Shown one piece after another: positions 48,248 through 58,593 of a DNA stretch of 64,000 nt. This DNA is from an uncultured Flavobacteriales bacterium (lineage in GTDB: Bacteria > Bacteroidota > Bacteroidia > Flavobacteriales > BACL11). Within the stretch, counting starts at the first letter, position 1. Each line of letters starts with the position of its first letter. The notes under the pieces are model-generated. The model ran no database searches, was not told the origin of the DNA, and worked only from the letters and a program-made list of their open reading frames with translations. The DNA lies in the NCBI GenBank assembly GCA_905181635.1, contig CAJIYM010000004.1, positions 78,264 to 142,263 on the forward strand, written 5' to 3'. The position numbers were made by a program, and so were the translations under genes.

Positions 48248-48967
48248 ATGAATGCAATCAAAAGAAATATCCCAAATATAATTACCCTTACTAATTTAAG
48301 CTGTGGGCTATTGTCCATTGTTTTTGCTTTTCAAGGAAATTTAAAACTAGCTGCACTTTGTATTTTTTCCGGTGCTTTTTTTGATTTTTTTGATGGATTA
48401 GTAGCCCGACTTTTAAAAGTAAACGGAGAGCTAGGAAAACAATTGGATTCAATGGCTGACATGGTTACTTTTGGGGTAGCACCTGCTTTTATTCTTTTTC
48501 ATTTCATGTACGAATTAAGCCACGGAATAACTTTCAGAAATGCAACTAATGAAAGCCTATTTTTTCCAGAATTATTTGCCTTATTGATTCCCATATTTTC
48601 AGCCTACCGTTTAGCCAACTTTAATATCGATACTAAACAAACCACTTCCTTTATTGGCTTACCTACTCCAGCACTCGCTATTTTTGTTGCATCATTTCCA
48701 CTTATTGATTTCAATCAATTTCCAATTTTTATAAACCTACAATTACTAACAATTATTTCAGTGATTTTACCATTACTACTTGTTGTTAAAATCCCTTTAT
48801 TTTCTCTTAAATACAGTAAAAATGAAGGTCTCAATACTAGGTTAAATATATTTAGAATAGTATTAATTTTAAGTTCAGCAGTATTATTCTTTGTTTTTCA
48901 GTTTGCTGCTATCCCTTTTATTGTAATTTTGTATCTGATTTTATCAATATTAAATAATATACTATAA
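48248..48967 (+). CDS. pssA: CDP-alcohol phosphatidyltransferase, probable phosphatidylserine synthase
   Basis: DFFDGLVARLLKVNGELGKQLDSMADMV (DGx2ARx8Gx3Dx3D motif). 239 aa, polytopic. Confidence 0.75.
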   Translation: MNAIKRNIPNIITLTNLSCGLLSIVFAFQGNLKLAALCIFSGAFFDFFDGLVARLLKVNGELGKQLDSMADMVTFGVAPAFILFHFMYELSHGITFRNATNESLFFPELFALLIPIFSAYRLANFNIDTKQTTSFIGLPTPALAIFVASFPLIDFNQFPIFINLQLLTIISVILPLLLVVKIPLFSLKYSKNEGLNTRLNIFRIVLILSSAVLFFVFQFAAIPFIVILYLILSILNNIL

Positions 48968-48969
48968 TT

Positions 48970-49221
48970 ATGAAGTTCAGAGCCGAAATAGATGTAATGC
49001 CACTTAAATCATTGTTAGATCCACAAGGAAAAGCAGTTAGTGCTAGCATGGGAAATGTTGGTTTAGCAGAAATCAAAAATGTAAGAATTGGCAAACACAT
49101 TACATTAGAAATAGAGGCTGCAAGCAAAGAAGTTGCTTCTGAAAAAGCAGAACAAGCTTGCAAAAAAATGCTTTGCAATCAAATCATGGAATCATTTGAA
49201 TTCACACTAATTCAGCTTTAG
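48970..49221 (+). CDS. purS: Phosphoribosylformylglycinamidine synthase subunit PurS
   Basis: 83 aa. LLDPQGKAV... pattern of PurS. Confidence 0.85.
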   Translation: MKFRAEIDVMPLKSLLDPQGKAVSASMGNVGLAEIKNVRIGKHITLEIEAASKEVASEKAEQACKKMLCNQIMESFEFTLIQL

Positions 49222-49276
49222 TTATTTGCAGATCAAAACTCTATTGTCTTAAATCTTATAGAGTAGCGAATTAGCC

Positions 49277-50002
49277 TTATCTTCTAAGCTCAAAGTTTTT
49301 ACCCAAGTATACTTTTCTTACCTGCTCATCTTCTGCTAATTCTTCAGCAGTACCTTGTTTTAGGATATTACCCTCAAACAATAAGTAAGCTCTATCAGTA
49401 ATTTTCAAAGTTTCATGTACATTATGATCTGTAATTAATATCCCTATATTTTTATCTTTAAGCTTCGCAACAATTTGCTGAATATCCTCAACCGCAATAG
49501 GATCAACTCCTGCAAAAGGCTCGTCCAACAAAATAAAATTTGGGTTAGTAGCCAAGGCTCTTGCAATTTCAGTTCTTCTTCTCTCACCTCCAGAAAGCAA
49601 ATCACCCATATTCTTACGTACATTCTGTAAACTAAATTCATCTAACAAAGATTCACATTTTTCGATCTGTTCTTTTTTGGATAATTTTGTCATTTCAAGC
49701 ACAGAAAGGATATTATCCTCAACTGACATTTTTCTAAATACTGATGCCTCCTGAGCTAAATATCCCACCCCCAACTGAGCACGCTTGTACATTGGTAATT
49801 TGGTGATATCAGAATCATCTAAATAAACAGCTCCTTCATTAGGCTTAATCAATCCGACCATCATATAAAAAGAAGTAGTTTTTCCTGCGCCATTAGGCCC
49901 TAAAAGCCCAACAATTTCACCCTGTTTTACCTCTACAGAAACACCCTTAACTACAGCTCTTTTCCCATAATACTTTATAATGTTTTCTGCTCTTAAAATC
50001 AT
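49277..50002 (-). CDS. lptB: LPS export ABC transporter ATP-binding protein
   Basis: [29 protein letters not shown]. 241 aa. Confidence 0.88.
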   Translation of the reverse strand: MILRAENIIKYYGKRAVVKGVSVEVKQGEIVGLLGPNGAGKTTSFYMMVGLIKPNEGAVYLDDSDITKLPMYKRAQLGVGYLAQEASVFRKMSVEDNILSVLEMTKLSKKEQIEKCESLLDEFSLQNVRKNMGDLLSGGERRRTEIARALATNPNFILLDEPFAGVDPIAVEDIQQIVAKLKDKNIGILITDHNVHETLKITDRAYLLFEGNILKQGTAEELAEDEQVRKVYLGKNFELRR

Positions 50003-50811
50003 GCTTTTTTATTTTCTTGATTTCTAATTACTCTAGCTGAAATTTTAATACTTAGCTCATACAATATGATTAGCGGAAATGACACTAAAATTTGTGATGT
50101 AATATCAGGAGGGGTGATTACTGCTGATAGAACAAGAGTAACAACCATAGCATGTTTACGATAAATTCGCATAAAATCAGGGGTTAAAAAACCTATTTTT
50201 GTTAAAAAATACACCAAAATTGGTAATTCAAAAATAATGCCGTTCGCTAAGCTAACTGTAGTAACTGTAGAAATAAATGATGTTAAACTAATCTGATTAG
50301 CAACTGTGCTACTTACCTGATATGAACCTAAAAAATTAACTGAAAGTGGCGCAATTACGTAATAGCCAAATAACACTCCAAAAGCGAACAATATTGAACT
50401 AAAAAATACTACTCCTCTTGCTAGTTTTGTTTCCGAATTGTACAGTGCTGGACTTATAAAGCGCCATAATTCCCAAAAAACATATGGGAAAGCAACAATA
50501 AATCCTGCAAAAATAGAAGTGGTTATATGAGTTGAAAACTGACCACTCATACTAATATTCATTAAAGTAAAGGGGGAGTCTTCCATACAAAGAGTATCCT
50601 TAAATCCCAAAAAGTTGGAGATAGTACATAAAGCTCTATAAGTAGGGAAGTCAGGCCTTTTAGGTCCTAAAAGAATTATATCAAAAACAATCTCTTTATA
50701 AATAAAAGCAATAACAGCAAAAAAAAGAACTGCTCCTGCCGAACGAATAAGGTGCCACCTAAAAATTTCCAGATGATCTAAGAATGACATTTCCTTTTCT
50801 TGCTCTTCCAT
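49999..50811 (-). CDS. tatC: Twin-arginine translocase subunit TatC
   Basis: [17 protein letters not shown] start, six TM helices, 270 aa. Confidence 0.9.
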   Translation of the reverse strand: MEEQEKEMSFLDHLEIFRWHLIRSAGAVLFFAVIAFIYKEIVFDIILLGPKRPDFPTYRALCTISNFLGFKDTLCMEDSPFTLMNISMSGQFSTHITTSIFAGFIVAFPYVFWELWRFISPALYNSETKLARGVVFFSSILFAFGVLFGYYVIAPLSVNFLGSYQVSSTVANQISLTSFISTVTTVSLANGIIFELPILVYFLTKIGFLTPDFMRIYRKHAMVVTLVLSAVITPPDITSQILVSFPLIILYELSIKISARVIRNQENKKA

Positions 50812-51776
50812 TAAACTACTCCTTCTTTTATAATTTCATGAATATGTACGATACCAACATAATTAGCTTTATCCATTACTATCATTTGACTAATATTATT
50901 TTGCTCCATAAGCTGTAAGACATCATAAGCCAGAGTGTTTATATCAACTGTTTTAGGCTTAAGACACATAATATCATTAGCTTTAAAAGTAGAAAAAGAA
51001 TCTCCATTTCCCAACATTCTTCTCAAATCACCATCTGTAATAATACCTTTTAACATGTTATTTTCAAATACTGCTGTAGCTCCTAGTCGTTTTTTAGAAA
51101 TCTCAATTATTACCTCATTAATAGTTGCATCTACATTAACAGATGGTTTACTATTTTCATTTAGTATATCTGCTAATTTCAAAAACAATCTTTTCCCTAA
51201 TGTTCCTCCAGGATGAAAACGAGCAAAATCTTTATCGGTAAAATTATTACAAGCTAGTAAAGTAACCGCTAAAGCATCTCCCATAACTAATTGTGCCGTA
51301 GTTGATGTAGTTGGAGCTAAATTATTAGGGCAAGCTTCTTTTTCCACGCTAGCATTTAAAGCAAAGTCTGATTCTCTAGCTAGAAAAGAATTCATATTGC
51401 CCGTAAGCCCAACTATGGGGTTACCCATATTTTTAATAATAGGTAAAATAGTTTTTATTTCAGCTGTATTTCCACTTTTAGAGATACACAATACAATATC
51501 TCCTTTTTGGACATTCCCTAAATCGCCATGAACAGCATCTGCAGCATGTAAAAATATAGCTGGTTGTCCAGTCGAATTAAAAGTAGCCACCATTTTGTTT
51601 GCAATATTTGCACTCTTACCAATTCCCGCAACAATTAAACGACCTTTGGATTTCATAATCAGCTCAATAACAGCAACAAAATCATCGTTGATGCTGTTTT
51701 CTAAATTCTTAATTGAATTTGCTTCTAAAGCAACTGTATCTTTTGCAATTCTTTTTATTTCAGTTGAAGATTTCAT
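50811..51776 (-). CDS. kdsD: Arabinose-5-phosphate isomerase (KdsD/KpsF; SIS + tandem CBS)
   Basis: GRLIVAGIGKSANIA, ISKSGNTAE, C-terminal CBS pair. 321 aa. Confidence 0.9.
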   Translation of the reverse strand: MKSSTEIKRIAKDTVALEANSIKNLENSINDDFVAVIELIMKSKGRLIVAGIGKSANIANKMVATFNSTGQPAIFLHAADAVHGDLGNVQKGDIVLCISKSGNTAEIKTILPIIKNMGNPIVGLTGNMNSFLARESDFALNASVEKEACPNNLAPTTSTTAQLVMGDALAVTLLACNNFTDKDFARFHPGGTLGKRLFLKLADILNENSKPSVNVDATINEVIIEISKKRLGATAVFENNMLKGIITDGDLRRMLGNGDSFSTFKANDIMCLKPKTVDINTLAYDVLQLMEQNNISQMIVMDKANYVGIVHIHEIIKEGVV

Positions 51777-51838
51777 AAAAATAAAGTAGTATATTCGTTC
51801 TCAAAAACAAGAACAAAAGTATTACTTTTATATTAAGA

Positions 51839-54022
51839 ATGAGCATTTCTAAAGAAACACTAAACAAAAACCTAAAAAGCATATTCGGCTTCAATAGCTT
51901 TAGAGCAGACCAAGCGGATATAATACTCAATCTACTAGAAGGAAAAGACAGTATGGTAATAATGCCAACAGGTGGAGGGAAGTCCATGTGTTATCAATTA
52001 CCAGCATTAATATCGGACGGTTGTGCAATTGTGGTATCACCACTTATTGCGTTAATGAAAAATCAAGTAGATGTGTTAAGAGGGCACTATCAGAATGATA
52101 GTATTGCTCATGTACTCAATTCATCATTAACAAAAACACAAACCAACCAGGTCAAGGAAGATATAAAGTCTGGAAAAACAAAATTATTATATGTTGCTCC
52201 TGAATCCTTAGTTAAAACTGAAAATACAGAATTTTTTAGATCAGTTAAAATTTCATTTTATGCTATTGATGAAGCACATTGCATTTCAGAGTGGGGACAT
52301 GATTTTAGACCAGAATACCGTAAACTAAAAAAAATCATCGACAATATAGGAACAGCTCCTGTAATTGCACTTACAGCTACTGCAACACCTAAAGTAAGGC
52401 AAGATATAATGAAGAACCTCAAGATAAATGACGGAAAACTATATCTTGATTCATTCAATAGAAGTAATCTTTTTTATGAAATACGTCCTAAAAAAGATGT
52501 TGCAAAACAAATCATACAATATATAAGTACGCGAAAAGGAGAGTCGGGAATCGTATACTGCCTTAGCAGAAAAAAAGTGGAAGAAATAGCAGAAACTCTT
52601 CAGATAAATGGAATAAAAGCATTGCCTTATCATGCAGGATTAGAAGCCAAAAAGAGAGTAGCACATCAAGAGGCCTTTTTAATGGATGATTGTGATGTTA
52701 TAGTGGCAACTATTGCTTTTGGGATGGGAATTGATAAACCAGACATCAGATATGTAGTACACCATGATATACCTAAAAGCTTAGAAGGATATTACCAAGA
52801 AACTGGGCGTGCAGGCAGAGATGGCGGGAAAGGAGATTTAATTACTTTCTATGATTACAAGGATATTGAAAAATTAGAAAAATTTCTTCAAGGAAAACCA
52901 GTTGCTGAACAAGAGGTTGGTAGATTACTAATAATGGAAACCATTGCTTTTTCCGAAACCTCCATGTGTAGAAGAAAGTACTTACTTCACTATTTTGGTG
53001 AAGAATTTGATGCAGTTAAATGCGATAATATGTGCGACAACTGTAAGGATCCTAAAGAAAAAACAGAAGGAAAAAAATATGTAAAACTCTTACTTGAAGG
53101 GGTATTTGCCTGCCGCGAACGCTTCAAGCCAAAAGAAATGGCCAGTATTATGATAGGCGATAGCAATTCGCTTATCAAACAACATATGTCGCAGATTGAA
53201 CATGTATTTGGTTCAGGAAAAGATAAATCAATAGGGTTTTGGCATTCAATAATAAGGCAGGTATATGTAAAACAACTACTTACTAAAGAAATTGAAAGCT
53301 ATGGTACACTTAAAATTACTAAAGCAGGCAAAGATTATATCAAAAATCCATATAGTTTTGAAATAACTGAAGATCATGACTATGATAACATGAATGTTTC
53401 TGATAGCAGCCAACAAAAAGGAATAGCAATAGACCAGGTACTTTTCAATATACTTAAAGATTTAAGAAAAAAAGTAGGTAAAGAAATAGGCCTCCCTCCT
53501 GCTATATTATTTATGGAACCTTCTTTAATTGATATGGCTAATCAATACCCAATAACAATCGAAGAAATGGCCCAAGTACAAGGTGTGGGACAAGGTAAGG
53601 CAAAAAAATATGGTCAAGATTTCATTAATGCAATCAAGGAATATGTAGATGAGAACGAAATTGATCGCCCACAAGATATTGTTGTTAGAACAGTAGCCAA
53701 TACAAAATCAAACAAAATATACATCATACAATCGCTAGATAAAAAACTATGGATTGATGACATTGCAAAAGGAAAAGGACTTAACCGTGTTGAACTCCTT
53801 AACGAGATGGAAGAGATAGTTGAGAAAGGAACTCGCCTTAACTTAGATCACATCATACTAGATATGATGGAATCAGATGAGCGTGAGGATATTCATGATT
53901 TTTTTAAAGACACAAAGGAATTCTCTTTTGATGAGGCTAGAATTGAGTTTGATGAAGATGAATTTAATGATGACGAGATTCGCCTATTAAGGATTGACTT
54001 CATTTCAAAAGTAGCAAATTAA
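51839..54022 (+). CDS. recQ: ATP-dependent DNA helicase RecQ
   Basis: FRADQADII, MPTGGGKS, DEAHCISEWGHDFRP, RQC cysteine cluster CDNMCDNC, C-terminal HRDC. 727 aa. Confidence 0.95.
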   Translation: MSISKETLNKNLKSIFGFNSFRADQADIILNLLEGKDSMVIMPTGGGKSMCYQLPALISDGCAIVVSPLIALMKNQVDVLRGHYQNDSIAHVLNSSLTKTQTNQVKEDIKSGKTKLLYVAPESLVKTENTEFFRSVKISFYAIDEAHCISEWGHDFRPEYRKLKKIIDNIGTAPVIALTATATPKVRQDIMKNLKINDGKLYLDSFNRSNLFYEIRPKKDVAKQIIQYISTRKGESGIVYCLSRKKVEEIAETLQINGIKALPYHAGLEAKKRVAHQEAFLMDDCDVIVATIAFGMGIDKPDIRYVVHHDIPKSLEGYYQETGRAGRDGGKGDLITFYDYKDIEKLEKFLQGKPVAEQEVGRLLIMETIAFSETSMCRRKYLLHYFGEEFDAVKCDNMCDNCKDPKEKTEGKKYVKLLLEGVFACRERFKPKEMASIMIGDSNSLIKQHMSQIEHVFGSGKDKSIGFWHSIIRQVYVKQLLTKEIESYGTLKITKAGKDYIKNPYSFEITEDHDYDNMNVSDSSQQKGIAIDQVLFNILKDLRKKVGKEIGLPPAILFMEPSLIDMANQYPITIEEMAQVQGVGQGKAKKYGQDFINAIKEYVDENEIDRPQDIVVRTVANTKSNKIYIIQSLDKKLWIDDIAKGKGLNRVELLNEMEEIVEKGTRLNLDHIILDMMESDEREDIHDFFKDTKEFSFDEARIEFDEDEFNDDEIRLLRIDFISKVAN

Positions 54023-54537
54023 TGAATACACTTATTTTATCCAGCTCATTATCCGAAAACTCACGCTCCTATTTATTATGCAAAGCAGTAGAACAAGAGT
54101 TAATCTCAAAAGGAAACAAAATCACTTTTTTTGATGCAAAAGAAATTCCTATGCAACCCTTCCATAGAGAAATAAGTAAGGAGATGAAGGCACTTACCGA
54201 GAAAATTGCAAAAGTGGACAACATTATAATAGGAATGGGTGTACATTGCTATAGCATTAATGATTCTTTGAAAATTTTACTAGAAGGTTGTTTTGGAAAA
54301 GCAACAGGAAAATTTTTCGGCATACTATGTGCTGCAGGAGGTGAAAGAAGCTACCTTGTAACGCAACACCTTACTCAAATCTGTATGAATGAATGGCGTA
54401 TGATGCAGTTGCCGAGAATTGTTTATGCTACAGGTAAAGATTTTACAGAAAACACCATTACATCCAAAGAAGTATTTGAAAGAATTGAGCTCTTTTCAGA
54501 AGAATTCCATACAATAGGAAATAAATTACTAGCCTAA
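54022..54537 (+). CDS. NAD(P)H-dependent FMN reductase-like flavodoxin-fold oxidoreductase
   Basis: 171 aa. LILSSSLSENSRS phosphate-binding start typical of the FMN_red family. Confidence 0.6.
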   Translation: MNTLILSSSLSENSRSYLLCKAVEQELISKGNKITFFDAKEIPMQPFHREISKEMKALTEKIAKVDNIIIGMGVHCYSINDSLKILLEGCFGKATGKFFGILCAAGGERSYLVTQHLTQICMNEWRMMQLPRIVYATGKDFTENTITSKEVFERIELFSEEFHTIGNKLLA

Positions 54538-54540
54538 TTA

Positions 54541-55704
54541 TTAATAGCTAGATAAGCCATTAGTCCCATACCCACTTTCAAGGAAGATCTCATCAATATT
54601 GAAACGAGAAGTGTGCAAACCATGAATAATACCTTTACTCTTATTAGCCGTACCTAAACGGTAAAAACAAGAAGGAACCTGGTGAGAATAATACGAAAAA
54701 TCCTCTGCTGTCATTCTTACAGGTAAATTAATTACATTTTCTGCTCCCATATATTCTTTTGCAAAAAGAATAGACTTTTTAGTTACTTCATCATCATTCA
54801 CTAAACACGGATAACCCTTTCGAATATCAAAATCAATTATCAAATTATAAGTCTCCGCAATAGAGTTAGCTATTACCAGCATTTTCTCATGAGTATTAAC
54901 TCTAAAATATTCATCCATTGCTCGCAAAGTCCCTTTGAGCTTTACCTGCTCAGGAATAATATTAGTTGAGCCTAAACCTTCAATAAATCCGATTGCCAAA
55001 ACACAAGGTCTATCTTTCTCTTTCTTAGAAAATTCATCTAGTTCAGTGATTAACTTTGCAGCTGCAAGTAAGGGACTATTATAATTTTCGGGTAATGCAG
55101 CATGCCCTCCTTTTCCTTTAATTGTAATATGCAACTCATCAGTTGATGCCATATATTTTCCTGGTCGGAAACCAACTTTTCCCACTTCTAAATCAGGAAA
55201 TACATGTTGCCCAAGCATTTTTTCTATCTTAGGGTTTTCAAGTACGCCCTCTTTTATCATTTGTTGTGCTCCACCAGGAAGCATCTCCTCTGCAGGCTGA
55301 AAAATATATTTTATACTCCCCTCCCATTCTGTTTTTAAAGTATTTAAAATATTGACAGCACCCAACAAAGATGCCGTATGTGCGTCATGACCGCAGGCGT
55401 GCATTACCCCATTATTTACTGAACAATAATCAACTTCATTTTCTTCAATAATAGGTAAAGCATCAAAATCGGCACGCAAAGCAATTGTTTTCGAATTAGG
55501 ATTATTTCCTTTAAGCAATACTATAATTCCAGTATCGGCTATATCCTCAGTAAAAGGGATATTCCAACCACTAAGTACAGACTTAATATAAGATGAAGTT
55601 TTATGCTCCTTAAAAGATAGTTCAGGGTTTTTGTGAAGATGTCTCCTAATAGATACCACTTCATCAAAAATACTTTCAGCTAGTTGTTTTATTTTAGTTA
55701 TCAT
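54541..55704 (-). CDS. M20/M25/M40-family amidohydrolase (N-acyl-amino-acid amidohydrolase type)
   Basis: RRHLHKNPELSFKEHKTS, MHACGHDAHTA, FQPAEE. 387 aa. Confidence 0.88.
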   Translation of the reverse strand: MITKIKQLAESIFDEVVSIRRHLHKNPELSFKEHKTSSYIKSVLSGWNIPFTEDIADTGIIVLLKGNNPNSKTIALRADFDALPIIEENEVDYCSVNNGVMHACGHDAHTASLLGAVNILNTLKTEWEGSIKYIFQPAEEMLPGGAQQMIKEGVLENPKIEKMLGQHVFPDLEVGKVGFRPGKYMASTDELHITIKGKGGHAALPENYNSPLLAAAKLITELDEFSKKEKDRPCVLAIGFIEGLGSTNIIPEQVKLKGTLRAMDEYFRVNTHEKMLVIANSIAETYNLIIDFDIRKGYPCLVNDDEVTKKSILFAKEYMGAENVINLPVRMTAEDFSYYSHQVPSCFYRLGTANKSKGIIHGLHTSRFNIDEIFLESGYGTNGLSSY

Positions 55705-56069
55705 TTTAAAGAAATAAGTTTAATAGCCCCAATTAACATGATAACACCAAAAATACGCCTTACCACTTGAGGAGGTAAACTAAGAGAAAGCTTAGACCCT
55801 AAATACCCTCCAATAACAAAAGTAAAGGCAATGATAATAGCATATTCCCACTTTACAAATCCTTCCTTGTAATAGTTAATAGCAGCCAAAATACCAATAG
55901 GTGGCAACATAGCAAAAAGAGCTGTTCCCTGCGCTTGATGCTGAGTTAAACCCAAAAAGATAATCAATAGAGGTATCATTAAAATACCGCCACCAACTCC
56001 TACTAAACCGCTAAGAATTCCGGCTAGCAAACCAATAAGAATCAGAATTATAAAAGTAGAAACACTCAT
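55701..56069 (-). CDS. Half-size (4-TM) TauE/SafE (TSUP) family membrane protein
   Basis: 122 aa. LLAGILSGLVGVGGGILMIPLLI signature, four predicted helices. Confidence 0.7.
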   Translation of the reverse strand: MSVSTFIILILIGLLAGILSGLVGVGGGILMIPLLIIFLGLTQHQAQGTALFAMLPPIGILAAINYYKEGFVKWEYAIIIAFTFVIGGYLGSKLSLSLPPQVVRRIFGVIMLIGAIKLISLK

Positions 56070-56182
56070 ACTACAAATTTAAAAAGGAAAAATAGGTACA
56101 GACAAAAGAAGACGTATAGTTTTAACACACTAATTAACATATCTTTGTCAAAATAAAGATAATAAAAAATAAAAAAAGAGCA

Positions 56183-56821
56183 ATGAAAGTTAAATCCTTC
56201 ACATTCAATCCTTTTCAAGAAAATACTTATGTGGTATATGATGATACTAAGGAGTGTCTCATTATAGACCCAGGATGTTATAGCGAAAAAGAGAGAACAG
56301 AATTAAGGAGATTTATATACAATGAAGACTTAAGGCCAGTAAAACTGATTAATACTCATTGTCATATTGATCACATTCTTGGTAATAAATTCGCAAGTGA
56401 GCTTTGGAATTTAGAACTCTTTATTCATAAAGAAGACTTACCATTACTTGAAAATGCAGGCAACATTAGTAAAATGTATGGACTGGAGGATTATGAAGGA
56501 TCACCTTCACCAAAACATTTTTTAATTCAAGGTGATACACTAAGTTTTGGTGAGAGTAGTTTCAATATACTCTTTACTCCTGGACATGCTCCTGGACATA
56601 TTTGTCTGCATAGCCAAGAAAATAACTTATTGATCGCTGGAGATGTTATTTTTAAAAGAAGTATTGGACGTACTGATTTACCAGGAGGAGATCATAATAA
56701 GCTTATTAACAGCATCACAACACAGATTTTTCCCCTACCAAATAAAACACAAGTATTTTGCGGACACGGACCAAGCACAACAATAGGGTACGAAAAGGAA
56801 TTTAATCCTTTTTTGCAGTAA
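56183..56821 (+). CDS. MBL-fold metallo-hydrolase (glyoxalase II-like)
   Basis: NTHCHIDHILG (HxHxDH), TPGHAPGH, CGHGP. 212 aa. A TATCTTTG (-7 type) box lies at 56140..56147. Confidence 0.88.
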   Translation: MKVKSFTFNPFQENTYVVYDDTKECLIIDPGCYSEKERTELRRFIYNEDLRPVKLINTHCHIDHILGNKFASELWNLELFIHKEDLPLLENAGNISKMYGLEDYEGSPSPKHFLIQGDTLSFGESSFNILFTPGHAPGHICLHSQENNLLIAGDVIFKRSIGRTDLPGGDHNKLINSITTQIFPLPNKTQVFCGHGPSTTIGYEKEFNPFLQ

Positions 56822-56833
56822 ATTGAAAAAAGA

Positions 56834-57931
56834 CTAGGATTCGCTAATAATCTCAACATCAGTAACAAATTGTTTTATTTGCTGTTCATCTTCTTTTTTA
56901 CAAACAAGTAAGACCCCTTTACTTTCAACAATAATATAGCCATTTAATCCTTGTAGCACTACTTGCTTTTCTTTTGGCACATTCACAATATTATCTGAAG
57001 AATCATATAACATCACATTATCTCCAAGTACAGCATTCTTATTTTTATCTAAATCTAGATGCGTATACAGCGAACCCCAAGTACCTAAATCACTCCAACC
57101 AAAGCTAGCTGGATAAACATATACTTTATCTGATTTTTCCATAATTCCATAATCAATAGAAATGTTTTTACAGCCAGGAAAAACTCTATCAATATATCCT
57201 TCTTCTTTTTCAGTATTATATATAGTCTTACCGTCTTCAAAAACAGTGTAAATATCATTTAAATGCTTCCGGTACGCCAATGTAATTGACTTAGCACTCC
57301 AGACAAACATACCAGAATTCCATAGAAAATCACCGCTATCTAAAAAATTAAGTGCTAATTCTTGATCTGGTTTTTCCGTAAAAGTTTTCACTTTTCTCAC
57401 TTTTTTATGACTAACCAAACCCTCTTCAGTAAACTGAATATACCCATAACCTGTATCTGGTCTGCTTGGCTTAATTCCAATAGTTAACAAAATATCATTA
57501 TTCGCACTTAGATCCAAGCAATCATTCACAACACGTACGAATTCATCTTCCTTTGTAATGATGTGGTCAGAAGCTGCAATAATCATATTTGCATTAGAAT
57601 TTTCACTCTGAATTTTGAATGCTGCATAAGCTACACAAGGCGCGGTATTACGCATTGCTGGTTCACATAAAATATTTTTTTCAACTAAATCAGATAATTG
57701 TTCCTTACATAGGGTTTTGTAATTCTTGTTAGTAACAATAATAATATTTTCTATGGGACATATTTTTTTTAATCGTCTAAATGTTTGCTGAATTAAAGTT
57801 TCTCCTGTTCCTAATATATCCAAAAATTGTTTTGGTAAACTTGCCCTACTCATTGGCCAAAAACGAGAACCAATCCCGCCAGCCATAATTACTGCATAAT
57901 TGTTCTTATTCATTTTCATATTTTTTTTCAA
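56834..57931 (-). CDS. Mannose-1-phosphate guanylyltransferase
   Basis: AVIMAGGIGSRFWPMSRASLPKQF. 365 aa. An alternative start lies a few codons downstream. Confidence 0.88.
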   Translation of the reverse strand: MKKNMKMNKNNYAVIMAGGIGSRFWPMSRASLPKQFLDILGTGETLIQQTFRRLKKICPIENIIIVTNKNYKTLCKEQLSDLVEKNILCEPAMRNTAPCVAYAAFKIQSENSNANMIIAASDHIITKEDEFVRVVNDCLDLSANNDILLTIGIKPSRPDTGYGYIQFTEEGLVSHKKVRKVKTFTEKPDQELALNFLDSGDFLWNSGMFVWSAKSITLAYRKHLNDIYTVFEDGKTIYNTEKEEGYIDRVFPGCKNISIDYGIMEKSDKVYVYPASFGWSDLGTWGSLYTHLDLDKNKNAVLGDNVMLYDSSDNIVNVPKEKQVVLQGLNGYIIVESKGVLLVCKKEDEQQIKQFVTDVEIISES

Positions 57932-57970
57932 TTATTTAATGCTAAAATACAACAAAATAAATTTGTTTAA

Positions 57971-58549
57971 TTAAACCTTACTAACTTCTGCTAGAGGATG
58001 AAATAAGTAAATTTTATTTGTGACTTTCTGAGTGCAAATAAATCTTTTTCTTAATTTTTTTCCCTTTTTAAATTCCTTACCATTACTAGCAATAAAGTTA
58101 TCTCCCTCCAAAATATCAGTAATTGTTATCCCTTTTACTTTGTTATATTTTCTTAACACTGTAGAAAGTCTAACATCCGTTAAAGTTGAAGCTTTAGGGT
58201 TTAGTAAATATAAGCTCAAAACTTTATTGATATCTTCAGGAAAGATGTGAAGAAAATTGAATAACATAGCCTTAAAAGTTATTTTCCATTCTAGCCCATG
58301 AGGCAATACTTTATTACTATGTTTTGCATAAACAAAAGCATGAGCCAGTTCATGAGTTAATGTAATTAGAAAAGAATAAGGATTTAAGTTATTATTAACA
58401 CTAATATATAACCTACCCTTGCGTGCACTAAAGTCTCCTAATTTTGTTCTCCTTGGACTCACAATCATTAAATCAATGCATAATTCATCAATCCAAGCCT
58501 GTAAAGTTAATCTGCTTTCTGAAGGGACAAATGAGTGAAAAGTATTCAT
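57971..58549 (-). CDS. SprT-like zinc-metalloprotease-domain protein
   Basis: THELAHAFV HExxH motif in a SprT-like context. 192 aa. Confidence 0.7.
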   Translation of the reverse strand: MNTFHSFVPSESRLTLQAWIDELCIDLMIVSPRRTKLGDFSARKGRLYISVNNNLNPYSFLITLTHELAHAFVYAKHSNKVLPHGLEWKITFKAMLFNFLHIFPEDINKVLSLYLLNPKASTLTDVRLSTVLRKYNKVKGITITDILEGDNFIASNGKEFKKGKKLRKRFICTQKVTNKIYLFHPLAEVSKV

Positions 58550-58593
58550 TAACTTAATAATTCTCTAGATATTTTAATGAACATACACATGAC

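Noticed and set aside
51794-51817. Imperfect inverted repeat TTCGTTCT-N8-AGAACAAA in the 62-bp kdsD/recQ divergent spacer.
   Set aside because: One mismatch, short arms, no recognisable operator family. Cannot be distinguished from chance without comparative data.
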